Origin: Nemertoderma westbladi
Taxonomy: Eukaryota; Animalia; Xenacoelomorpha
DNA length: 64,000 nucleotides
Direction of reading: 5' to 3'
Assembly (NCBI GenBank): GCA_032718475.1
Contig: JAUCBJ010001234.1
Location: 17,366 to 81,365, forward strand
Part shown: positions 46,801 through 56,479 of the stretch, piece after piece
Layout: the number at the start of each line of letters is the position of its first letter
Position numbering within the stretch: the stretch's first letter is position 1
Notes under the pieces: generated by a model
What the model saw: the letters and a program-made list of their open reading frames with translations, nothing else
The model's database searches: none
What the model was told of the DNA's origin: nothing
Position numbers and translations under genes: made by a program

Positions 46801-48042
46801 TTGGATAGCGCTGGATTCGCCATTTTCCAAGAGATTTGTATATCGAACTTGCACTCCTCAGTTATACAAAGACCTCGAATCCCCACAGGTTATTCTGTCG
46901 TGGAAATTCAGACGATAGGTCCACCTGAAGAGACAGACACGCCCACTTCAGCTATGCACTTGGAAGACGAACCAATATGTCTAGAATCTGAAGAGATTCA
47001 GCCTATCGCGCCCCGGACCAGCGACAACGATTACATCATAGAATGGTATCAAGGCCCACAGTGTCTCACTGCGTACGATTATCGCCATGCCAACTATGTT
47101 TCTAGGCAACGTTGTCGGTTATGCGCCTCGAGAGACCACGATACGCCCATGGACACCAACGTCCGCTGTTCCTATTTCCAAGAACAACCGACTATGGAAA
47201 TTTATTGCGCATATTGCAGACTCAATAACCTGCATATCTTTGCGGTTTGCCCTCAATTTATGACTCAATGTCACCATTGTCAACTAAAGGGACATGCTAG
47301 TTTCGACTGCCCTTTTAATCACGATTTGGAAAGCGTAGATGAAATGATCACACTGCGTTACATCAGAGCTTGGGAAGCGAACGCTGATTTACATTGTGAT
47401 TCGCGCCATCGCTATTATCCCGGACGCGCTTACGAAGGAGTTTATGCGTTCCATCCTTATCTGTTCGCTTCTGTTGAACAGAAATCACGCATATCGAGTT
47501 ACGAGTTACTGAAGCGCGTCGGAGAATGTATTTCAACTAAATTCGTACGCAAATTTCTCAGGAGTGTTAATCCTAGCGACCTTCATTCCTATAACTTAAT
47601 CAATTATATCCGTCAGGATCCGGACTATGGAGACTTGTTTGTTAACTCACATCCCGAGTTGCAGGAAGTACATCGAAGGCCTTACGAATACCGAGCCCGC
47701 GAACGCGAGTTGGAAAGGACCATTAAACCCCGGAAGTTTCTAACTGCCTATGGTCCACCCACGGCCCTCGTTCAGACCACTCGTAAAGGACCCGTAAGAG
47801 CGGCTGTCTTGAAACGAGCTCTCAAAGCCGTTAGACCCCTCTCACCTGACGTTGACGTCAATCAACCCGGTACTTCGACTGGCGGATACACCGACCATAA
47901 TCCTACACCCTCTGATGCAATCATATTGCACCCTTCACCCAGGAGTTATAGCCCTCCTTGTAAAGTGGCTCGCCCCAAAGAGAAAAGGACTCTTGCTAGC
48001 TTTAAAAAACTGCGTAAACGCCGTCCGCGCAAGAAAGACTAA
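43855..48042 (+). CDS. Retrotransposon accessory ORF3: DEDDy 3'-5' exonuclease-like domain, CCHC zinc knuckles, basic NLS-like C-terminus (first in-frame ATG at 43927)
   Basis: Uninterrupted 1395-codon ORF inside the LTRs. ExoI-like VVTYDNEG, ExoII-like LPQPVLEMLFNERILKIGSAVYGDL, FVDTQLIA, SIGHLAFQEYG, ExoIII-like PLRPSLAIYTIFE; CRLC..H..C, CAYC..H..C and CHHCQLKGHASFDC; ends KKLRKRRPRKKD. Confidence 0.75.
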   Translation: MDSLIRGEADPTITEDDGRYIEPPMSQEQLARELDYRKFTTRYTNRNGTYMDFLTTGHPIDLHDTDDVDTEREMVLFKYHTQRSRNDKPRIDHENSIRNRLERENVEEPDKRIDFNEYLEFLRETYLNVTSQQNLETRYPQGIHHDPVVELKRLYFTMMYLTADRPLPVIPDSFEQMEEYCKTGERTPAFPLQDVRLWYYCDECPRPNQQTERHKHPRRRCAKHSFTRYTYGSFERNLFDIPPTIARLKRSLNKPMIRVPEYSVRPPHSLVRPQTLDPNSITDPPELYSLFKDLVLPEQLIGGAPVVGSLDIRPSYLAGLGRGQLISPFDPYNRPGLNPIQPATEVEGSVIRNALDAIRQKIGKGTQDCLEKRKLQQQVQSVKELALPQFDREIQNLEEDIELGRTYSLQEFLDERLQRQAEENLIEEKHTKLEEREEAALAQPEAQILMTDLYSKTVHHPSMIPHFGDKLFATIQPQPVDISTGSQNLIADAPMLQRPPIEAARVDGILVEPPDNRADLVRRMVHDVNIRARPLQNSFYGIKDHPYYVNLTQYYMVKPEDPTHDLKFLPLINPLDIVELEQLQKHLDQLVKVNSFRKPYNISRIEKDIEPPYNLDGFIKTRLVHWNLDVLFEEEKIQRYGNVETYTTRHMKYSDLPDANQCATLWHPVGMTLENATKEWNETLNVIEMYGVVTYDNEGSVPVGELGTTRMIHIRGLAGSTHVFTRACSDLIDYSFETLTETQKNLRHGQFELAQRYVIDTERKPAMGIDGSMLPQPVLEMLFNERILKIGSAVYGDLQNDFRNMEDIPYPFVDTQLIAPWAEGRGFFRTMYANTSSNITKVQRTSIGHLAFQEYGWNFKIGNPINYQQVYGDHYSRLYFDGPLTAPGAVYSFMSVPLRPSLAIYTIFENTALAGWLADVCSRTIRAHPLILGTKLAKLDEHNKFIRFECFRRFLTPFRNVDSQFKDRALTKLSLRNSAAEKLDSAGFAIFQEICISNLHSSVIQRPRIPTGYSVVEIQTIGPPEETDTPTSAMHLEDEPICLESEEIQPIAPRTSDNDYIIEWYQGPQCLTAYDYRHANYVSRQRCRLCASRDHDTPMDTNVRCSYFQEQPTMEIYCAYCRLNNLHIFAVCPQFMTQCHHCQLKGHASFDCPFNHDLESVDEMITLRYIRAWEANADLHCDSRHRYYPGRAYEGVYAFHPYLFASVEQKSRISSYELLKRVGECISTKFVRKFLRSVNPSDLHSYNLINYIRQDPDYGDLFVNSHPELQEVHRRPYEYRARERELERTIKPRKFLTAYGPPTALVQTTRKGPVRAAVLKRALKAVRPLSPDVDVNQPGTSTGGYTDHNPTPSDAIILHPSPRSYSPPCKVARPKEKRTLASFKKLRKRRPRKKD

Positions 48043-48110
48043 CTGTTTAGAGTATTTACGTATATTAGAAACTGTGATTTTGTATATTTTATAGACTCAA
48101 ATCCCATTTT

Positions 48111-48120
48111 CTGGGAGCGG
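48111..48120 (+). other. Polypurine tract before the 3' LTR
   Basis: CTGGGAGCGG immediately precedes TGTA, a typical short Bel/Pao PPT. Confidence 0.7.
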
Positions 48121-49416
48121 TGTAAAAGCTTCTGTGGGATATAACTGGCCCCTTTGCTTCGCAATCCAGTTTCCCCCCAGGCGCTGGAATACTCTAAAAA
48201 GGTTCTATAACTGTATAAATATTCCCCTCGCCCTCAAGGTACCGTTACAGGTGTTTTAACGGACATAAAAGTCATTTTGCTATATACGTGTTTTAGCGGA
48301 CATGGTAAGACAAAAAACCTGCAATGTGGCAAATACCTTTCATAGCTTAGCCGTGATGATTCATATTACGACATCTAACAGCTGGTTGCTGACATGGAAA
48401 CAGCCATTGGACGCATAGTTCTTTGTTTGGCTTGAGCCAATCAGAGCGATTTTTCCTGTCGACGTGTAGCTTTTCGGTCGATCATAAGGAGAGTGTTCAG
48501 TCTTACTGTTTTTTTTTCTTGATACTTTGTTGTTATTGCTGTCTAGGCCAGGAACAACGGCTCTAGAATCAATTCGTTTCATACTTTTATAAGAAACATT
48601 AGTAGGCTAAAATTATAGAGCGTATGACTGTTAACAATTCATATATCAACTCAATTCTTATCACTTCAATGCAATTCAATTCATATCAACTGGTTTCTAT
48701 TTTTATATTATCGGTTCAATATACATTATTATACTGCTGTTTACTATTGTGTTTGGTTGAATATTATTTGGAGAACATATATAAAGAACCCAAATTTCCC
48801 AATTTTCTTGATACACTACAGGTTAGAGAGACGGGTTATATATAGCGATTGCGACTTATATTGTTGTGGTTTGTAGTGAATTTAATGCTATTTGATAAGC
48901 ACTACATTGGTCCGTTGCTATTCTCTTTATATATGATAAAATTCATTAACGGTCGGCAAATTAGTGAGCAGTATTGTGTGTTACCGGTAGTGTGCATGAT
49001 TGTGATTGATAACTAAGCATTTCCTAAAGAATGCGCCTCATACGTGAATCTTAAGCCTTACCGACTTACCGTTGTGATTAGTGTAAGTCATATCTCTGTT
49101 TACCTAGATAGAGCGCCACGTCCTAAAGGAACTGTTAATATTTCCCGAAAGTAAATAATATTAGTCAGAAATTAATTATTAACGATCAATCGAATAATAC
49201 AATACCGTAAGCTTCACTGCAATAATAATTTAAGCCGACAGAATCCAGTCTCCCGGGATTATCCAGCGGGTGAATGGACGCGCACTAGGCTGGCTTCTGC
49301 TAATGTTGTGTTTATTGGTACTAAATATTTGTCTTCTTCTAAAAGTATATTTATAAACCAAAAGACATATAAATTTTGGCAGGTTAAACTGCTAAAGGTC
49401 TTCAAAAGCGCGTACA
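48121..49416 (+). repeat. 3' LTR
   Basis: Offset 17,501 from the 5' LTR; ends CGTACA followed by the TSD GTTTC. Confidence 0.97.
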
Positions 49417-49489
49417 GTTTCTACTGTATGGATAGTGATTTTCGATCCATTCAAATAGGTCTACACAGTAAACCAAGCGCAGGGGCCCA

Positions 49490-49965
49490 TAGTGAAAACA
49501 AAAACACACAATAGCACATTATATTAAAATTTATTACATACAGTATATTCACCTAACTCTCTGGCTACTAATACAGGGATTTTACTATGTACGCAGAGTA
49601 TTAAATCTGAGTATGCGAGATACGCATTTACATATATTGTATACAACACACAAAATAAATATTGCTGTACAGTACGCACGAAAAAGATAAATCTTAACTT
49701 TGACAGATGCATGACTAAACTTCCTAGACAAAATATTAACTCTGACATAAAGATGATGCCTCTGTCGGATAATATCAGGGTTATCATCAGTCGATGAGCA
49801 GATAATAAGCCCTAGATAGCAAAACTTCTCAACAATTTCTACTTTGGAGCCATACAATTTAACTCTCGCAAAAGAGGTGAGAGCACACGACTTAGGAATG
49901 AAGTACAAACATTTAGTTTTATTTGTATTAAAAATGATTGAATTTCTAGAAGTAAAAAGAACGTC
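49490..49965 (-). mobile_element. 5'-truncated LINE remnant (end of RT and C-terminal region)
   Basis: FNTNKTKCLYF...IVEKFCYLGLII...DIIRQ...VNILSRKF...VKIYLFRAYC resembles the post-RT region of CR1/L2-group non-LTR elements; frameshifted. Ends approximate. Confidence 0.7.
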
Positions 49966-50867
49966 TATACAGTATCTATTAACTACAGACGGGCCTAGCG
50001 GCCCGTGAAGCAAGTCGTAGGAGACAGTACGAGTCAAGTAATAACTATTTACATACTTGTGTGAAAAGTAGCACTTTACAGTGTGATGATCTGAGTGGCT
50101 TTGTTACACGAACGAACGTTAGTGAGTGAGTGAAAATAAAGCCACGAGGATCAGAACACTGTAAAGTACTTTGCAAGAATATAAGTATGTATGTAGTTTT
50201 ATTCCGAAATTTTAACATTACGAAATGATTGTACATATAAGTGCACATAAGTGATAGAAACTGCACAAATTACACCATAACCCTTAATACAACAACCATT
50301 TTTAGGGGGTCGGAGCCCCCCCCCCTAATTTTTTTCAAATTTCAATAAAATGCTACGAAATTTGGTATGATGATAGATCGACACCTTTTCTTACTGGTGG
50401 CCTGGCCGGATTTTTCAATTTCTCAGTTATTTCCATACAACAATCCCTTAAAAAATGTCTATTTAGCAATGTTTAACCACCTCCGTAGACTTTATTTTAC
50501 GTCTTTGAAATGTAATCTAGATATCATTCGAAGCGCCTTCGTCTGTAGATTCCGAATCTGAAAACCGTTTTAAATTTAACCAAAAATTGGTAAAGATATT
50601 ATCAAAATACTAATGTGTAAATTTAGAGAGTAAATCGCTATAATTCTGATGTTTTGTTGTCTTTATTCTAGAATATTAATTATTAATTAGCTGAGCGTTT
50701 AAACATGGCCTACTATATATACGGCCTAACAAGCTACTGCGGCCTCTTAAAAAAAAGAGGCCATTCATTTCAACAGTACAGTACAGTACAGTGTACAGCA
50801 GTGGCCTAGTATTGAGGTGGCAGTCTGTACTGCAGTTTGCAGTTGGCTTACACTGATCTGTTCGTAC

Positions 50868-53511
50868 CAAGGACTACTATACTACAGGACTGGCACACTG
50901 CCTGATCCGACTTCGCTAGCGAAGTCCATTAATTTCATACTGCTGTAAGCTGTACTACCTGAATAGCCTACTACTGTACTACCGTAGAATGATTAGTTAT
51001 AGCTGTATTATAGTCCTACCGCTACCTCTGGTATATGGGAATAGTACAGTTAGAAAGTCAGATAGTCTAGTTACAGTACATTCAACTGGACGGCTGTATG
51101 GCCCTACCCTGGTACAGTGGTAGCCCGTACTCGTATGATGCTACCGGTACGGTACCGCGACCGTTCCGGTACAGGTAGGCCTAGGTGGTACCATTTGGTA
51201 GTAATTAAATCAATTACTATAGGTAGGTATTTAAGGTGCCGTATTACAACATTAGGCTAAACTACCAACAGAACAAGTTATTTATTATTATTATGCCTAA
51301 TTATTGTTGCGTATTTGGCTGCGACGGCAATTACGCAGGAAATCCCGTTCGTGTAGTGAAACTTCCTCCTGTCGATGCCGAACGAGATCAGTGGATCGCC
51401 GCGCTACCACGATGCAGTGCAGATGACGGCTCTCTGTTTAAGTATGGAAGCACTGCCGTCATTTGTATTCAACGTCAACAGTGGCCAGAGTTTTCCAAGG
51501 GAATTCCGCACAAGAAAGTCCCTGGCGGTTCCTTGCGACCAACAATATTCCGTTATACTTCCCTGGACTTCCCTTATCGTGAGTTCCGCCGCGACCCCCC
51601 ACTCCACGAGACATCCCTCCCATTGAGGAACGCCAACTTCAGTTACTCAATGAGTGCATGGAGTGAGATTTAATTGGGGGCTTTTTGCAGCTGACTGAAC
51701 CTGCCTGCCTGTTGTTTCTACGTGGCTAAAGGGAATTGCAGGATACGGTCGCGTACTGACATTTTTGTGAAACTATCGCAGTTCCAAGTATTGCTCTTCT
51801 TTTTCCATAACGAAGTATACAGTATATTGGACAGGTTTCACTTTCATCAAAGAGTCAACTTTCCTCGGACATGTTTGTATCAGCCGATCGGCGGTTGATC
51901 AGCTGGGTTGCAGCTTGGGGTTTTCGCATTGCCTCGCTCGTAATAGCCAACTAATACGTTGGTCTCAGTTGGAAGAAGTCATTGCAGTCGTGAAACGTAA
52001 TGTTGGTACTACGACATCGCTACTTACGAAAGCTAAGGAGTACGTTAATGCCGCGATTGATCTTGAGTCATCCAAATATAAGTCTCAGCTTGAGTTTATA
52101 CTTTAGACTTTGTTCTATTAGACGATATCCCATCCACTTTGAAAGCACCTGAACATCCGAAAGTATGTCCTAATAACAACGGAAATGCTGAGAAAAATTG
52201 AACAGCTAGTGGATATTGAAGTCAGTTATGATGAGTTTCAGGCAGCTGGATACGTCGCAGGATTCCTGGTAAAGGTAATCCCAGAGTTAGACATCACAGG
52301 TGATATTTAAGAGGAGGATAATATATTTACCCAAGCCCTAACTCGTGGTGGATTACAACTTACTCCGCATCACCTGGTATGGTGGACCAGGACCATGGCG
52401 TCTGCTGCATGGGTGGATGCTGTACATGATGGAACTATACCTATACGGTACTACAAACAACTAACTCAAGTAATACACATTATTGCGGTCTATTACGGTA
52501 TATCCCAACTGCCACCAATAGCTGCTTGCTGTACCCTAGCAAACACCCTTCTTAATGGAGTACAAAAGCGATCTATGGAAAGGCAGAAACGGCGCGACTC
52601 ACATTCTGGTGATAAGGCAGCACAAACTAAATTCCTCCGAATAACGGGAAGGGGACAAAATAAGGGGGGGAAACTGGACGCAATAAAAATTCATCCCTCT
52701 CCAGGGGAAATTCGACGCAAATAACAGCTGATTACTCTCAAAAATAAAACTGTAACCTGTTATATTATGTTTAGTTTATTGTTTTGTTTAAAATAACGTG
52801 CCACTGTAACCTGCTCCTTTCCCTAAATTGAGAATTTAACATTGAGGCGGGATATTGATTCGCCTAGTTTCCCCAGGGGTGGGGAATATTGGGTCGGCAA
52901 TCGTAATAAATAATAAAGTAATAACATAAAGTACCTACTAGTAATATAAAGTAAGAACCTAATAATAATATAAAGTACCTAATAATAATAGCCCTATAAA
53001 GTAATAATATCAGAATGGCGGTTGGGAGTGGGGGAGGGGGGGGGGGGGGGGGGGGGGGTGGTGGTGGTTACCTGGAACCTGGCTTGAGAACTGCTAGGAT
53101 AGTAAATGACCAGAGATAAAGAATATATAGAGAGGTCCATGTATGTATATTGTATAGACAATTTACCGCTAGTTGAATCCGTTATCATCTGTGTCATGAC
53201 ATTACCCTGGGATAGGGATACTGTTCGTATCGTTTTTATGTCGCACAATGTACTAAACACGGTCGTTCAAGACTATAAAGAATAGTTGGTACACTACACT
53301 CGTCTCCTTTGTTACAAGCCTCGCTGTGCTCGTCCTTTATTTCTTGACACCAAAATATATTATGTTATTAATAATTACGATTGTGTACTAAATTTCATGA
53401 AAATCCTTTGATAACAATGTCTATAACAATATAAAGCAATACCAAACCAATGGACTTCGCTAGCGAAGTCGGATGAAGGGGTGTGCCAGTCCTGTAGTAT
53501 AGTAGTCCTTG
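50868..53511 (+). mobile_element. Decayed P-superfamily (THAP transposase) DNA transposon
   Basis: ~63-bp TIRs CAAGGACTACTATACTACAGGACTGGCACAC...GACTTCGCTAGCGAAGTCCATT, inverted at 53449-53511; degenerate 8-bp TSD GTTCGTAC/GTATATAC; THAP-like MPNYCCVFGC...W...VIC at 51293; C-terminal GYVAGFL...RGGL fragments at ~52250-52360. Confidence 0.75.
52681..52870 (+). repeat. Dispersed repeat, copy 2, inside the P-like element
   Basis: Similar to 23231-23405; its core is the reverse complement of the 70-bp satellite unit starting at 56480. Confidence 0.75.
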
Positions 53512-53598
53512 GTATATACAGATATATTGATATAATAAATGTATAATATACAGATATAGGCCTACTAAACTGCTAAACACTACTGCACTAAAGCAAAT

Positions 53599-55992
53599 AT
53601 GAATATAAATTCTATATCAGTTTGGTCGGAAAATAACGAGTTTAAAGGTATAAATTTGAAGAAGACGCCTTTGGATTGTTATTGTGTCTCCGTTTCCTGT
53701 CGGAATCTAGTTGCCTTCTACAGTTCTACGTTCACTATTGAGGATGATCTAACAACATCATGTCAAATATTTATTTGTCATTTGAGTAACATGGGAGAAA
53801 TTGCGACATTGCAACCCTCAAATGCAGATTTACATATAGTCGATCACCTGGAATGGAATCCGTCGGGTCTGCTTCTCTTGGCAGTCGATACTTTTGGAAA
53901 GTACGGCGTTTGGAATTGCGACTCTGGGTGTATAAATCAGTGGGGTTTGCTTTATGCTGGAAAACTTCATAGCAATAACGATCGCGTAATTGCAATAAAT
54001 TGGCTTCCGGAGAAATTAAATGTCGCCTTACGTTTCGAACCAGATAGTTCTGAGATGAACCTGAACGAGATGTTTCCAGTTATTGACGGGGATTTTACTC
54101 TGCACAACATAGCTGGACTGCCCGTGTCCGGTTTTTGTGCATTATCTGAGGCGGGAAAATTTACAATAACATATCAAGGTGAAGTGAACGAGAATGCAGC
54201 AACGCTCACACGTTACGTTTGCCGGGATTCCATATTTGCTGGCGACATCGCTATTAAACGAGACGGATCTATAGTCATTGTGTGCTGCAAAGACTCCGAC
54301 GTTAATTTTCCTATTGATATCATTCACTTGACTGTTATTGAAAATGACAAACCGGTCATAGACATAGCATCTTATTCCAAAATATATATTGAAGGCGGTA
54401 CAAATATATCTAACACTAGGTTAATAAGTAGGTCGGATGGCATGTTTGATTTATTAGTTGGCGTTGTTGATGGTAATAAACAGGGCACTTCTTTGCAACT
54501 CTGGACTTGCGCTACGAAATCATTTAAATTGGATCCAATATTCTTAGAGGAAGGCGACATGGAAGAACCCGAAACCTTCGATGTTTCCAAGTGGGAATTA
54601 ATTCACTCAATAAGAACTGAATCGCCAGTTTCTTGCGTGTCCGCTAGCAACCTGCCCGTGGTCTATTCATTAGGCCCGGGCTACCCCTCATCCTTTATAT
54701 TAATCGCTTTATCAGACGGTAGAAATAAACTTCTACTAAAAGATTCTCTGGAGGAAGTTGCCTTCATTGAAATATCGCCAAATGGCAAGTTGAATTCCGG
54801 TGCCCCGCTAATAAAAAAAGCGAAATTCGAAGAAACAAATGTAATTCGCGCTGTGGATTTTTCATCTTTGGCCTGCGCGGCGGTACTTATTGATGGGCTT
54901 TGCAACGTCTACCACCTAAACTTAACAGTTAATCGGCCCAGCACGTTGACGCGAATGCTCGAGTTCGCTATGTACACCGGAAATGACGTCACAGACGTCC
55001 TTCTGTTGGACAACCTCCAGTCGGACCCGGAACGAATACTCCAACTGTTTCTCGAGGGATTCAACAGGCATCCCAACGACTTGCAGACCCTCATGTGGTC
55101 GCGATATCTCTCGGTGTGTTCCGGGTTGATACGAGTCGGCCGCAATCTAGTTCGGATTGCCGAACAGCATTTCACCATGGTTCTAGAATGGATAGCAATG
55201 TTCCTTAAATCGTTGGCTCGGTCCACCAACATGGGGGAACGAACACCCGGGGAACGACTGTCCCATATCGTTGCGCGGAACGCCACAGCCGATCTCGACA
55301 AGGCGATGATGGCGCTGGAAGCCAAGGAATTCGTCATCGACGCCCACACCTTGCAGAGTCTGCAGCAGTTGATCCAATGGGTGTGCGACCTATGTCTCTA
55401 CATCGTCAGTGCTGTCCCGGTACCGCTAGGAGGAGCTACTAAGCCCGGCTCCGGTCTACTTCGGGACGTCTACATACTGAACCTTCTTCGGGAACTTCTA
55501 GTAGTTATCCGGGTCTGGGGAGTATTTAAATCAAACTGTTTGCCAGTGTTCACGGCGTCTTCCGACAGTCTGGATGTTTTGTCTTTGCTGTTCAAACTCG
55601 TTACCAACTTGTGGGCCTGCGCTAAGTCCGGCGATGCCATCGATGACTCTCTCATAGAGGAGTGCTACTACCTCTCCAACCAGGTTATGCCGCCTATCCT
55701 CAACGAGTTGGTGCCACGAGAGCGCGGTTCGTCCCGTTGTTTCGTCCGAATGGGTCGTAGACACCCTCCTCCCTACAGTTGGTACCCCGTGGACGTGATT
55801 CGGCGGACCCACCTCGGTAAGAATCCACCCCACGAACTCAAGCAGTGCCTCGTCTGCGGCAGTGTTTCCATTACCGGTACCTCGGAGGCTCCAACTAAAA
55901 CTGTCAGAGCGAAACTTTGGGATCGTAGATGGGATTTCAACTGTCTCTGTCTGGGCCAGTGGATTAAATTACAGAATAAACCAGTTTCCTGA
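53599..55992 (+). CDS. MED16: Mediator of RNA polymerase II transcription subunit 16; intronless
   Basis: SCRNLVAF N-terminal motif, beta-propeller region, TPGERL...EFVIDAHTLQSLQQLIQWVCDL, LLRELLVVIRVWG...CLPVF, and C-terminal DVIRR.HLG...CLVCGSVS...WDRRW...CLCLGQW, all characteristic of metazoan MED16. Confidence 0.95.
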   Translation: MNINSISVWSENNEFKGINLKKTPLDCYCVSVSCRNLVAFYSSTFTIEDDLTTSCQIFICHLSNMGEIATLQPSNADLHIVDHLEWNPSGLLLLAVDTFGKYGVWNCDSGCINQWGLLYAGKLHSNNDRVIAINWLPEKLNVALRFEPDSSEMNLNEMFPVIDGDFTLHNIAGLPVSGFCALSEAGKFTITYQGEVNENAATLTRYVCRDSIFAGDIAIKRDGSIVIVCCKDSDVNFPIDIIHLTVIENDKPVIDIASYSKIYIEGGTNISNTRLISRSDGMFDLLVGVVDGNKQGTSLQLWTCATKSFKLDPIFLEEGDMEEPETFDVSKWELIHSIRTESPVSCVSASNLPVVYSLGPGYPSSFILIALSDGRNKLLLKDSLEEVAFIEISPNGKLNSGAPLIKKAKFEETNVIRAVDFSSLACAAVLIDGLCNVYHLNLTVNRPSTLTRMLEFAMYTGNDVTDVLLLDNLQSDPERILQLFLEGFNRHPNDLQTLMWSRYLSVCSGLIRVGRNLVRIAEQHFTMVLEWIAMFLKSLARSTNMGERTPGERLSHIVARNATADLDKAMMALEAKEFVIDAHTLQSLQQLIQWVCDLCLYIVSAVPVPLGGATKPGSGLLRDVYILNLLRELLVVIRVWGVFKSNCLPVFTASSDSLDVLSLLFKLVTNLWACAKSGDAIDDSLIEECYYLSNQVMPPILNELVPRERGSSRCFVRMGRRHPPPYSWYPVDVIRRTHLGKNPPHELKQCLVCGSVSITGTSEAPTKTVRAKLWDRRWDFNCLCLGQWIKLQNKPVS

Positions 55993-56479
55993 GATTTATT
56001 ATCATGCACGCACGTACATAATACATAATGTACATAATACGTGTACATAATGTACACCCATGATGTACATGTACATAATGCATAATACATAACTCACTTA
56101 ATACTCGGTTAGTGCTTGAAAAGTAAAAGTGCGAAATTAAATATTTATCCTATACGTCGATTAAATTAACATTATTTTAAAATTTAAATTGATTTTAATT
56201 AAGTTATGCTATTTTTTACACCAGAATATCTAAATTATTTGTATTCCCATTTCCGATTCATTTCTATCTATTGTTATATTATGTCCACTTCCGTCTTCAT
56301 GGATAGCAGAGTGGGTCACTCATGGAATACAGGGAGTCTGGGAATTATTTGTTTACATAAACTAAACAGTTAAGGAAACCTTCAAGAGAATTTGGTAAAA
56401 AATACTAGAAATTTGATTAGTGATCGATTACGATATATATTAATATACAGCGGAGGTTTATATAGGCTTAAGTAGTGTA

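Larger units (their letters stand above)
30620..49416 (+). mobile_element. Full-length Bel/Pao (Belpaoviridae) LTR retrotransposon, 18,797 bp, with an extra ORF
   Basis: Two 1296-bp TGTA...TACA LTRs; 5-bp TSD GTTTC (30615-30619, 49417-49421); Bel/Pao order gag-PR-RT-RH-IN with a triple Cys/His gag motif. Confidence 0.97.

Noticed and set aside
43855-48042. ORF3 as an env glycoprotein
   Set aside because: No signal peptide or transmembrane segment; it has exonuclease-like motifs, zinc knuckles and a basic tail instead.
51236-52724. Functional host THAP gene
   Set aside because: The THAP His is missing, the frame is broken repeatedly, and the region is bounded by TIRs, so it is a decayed transposase.
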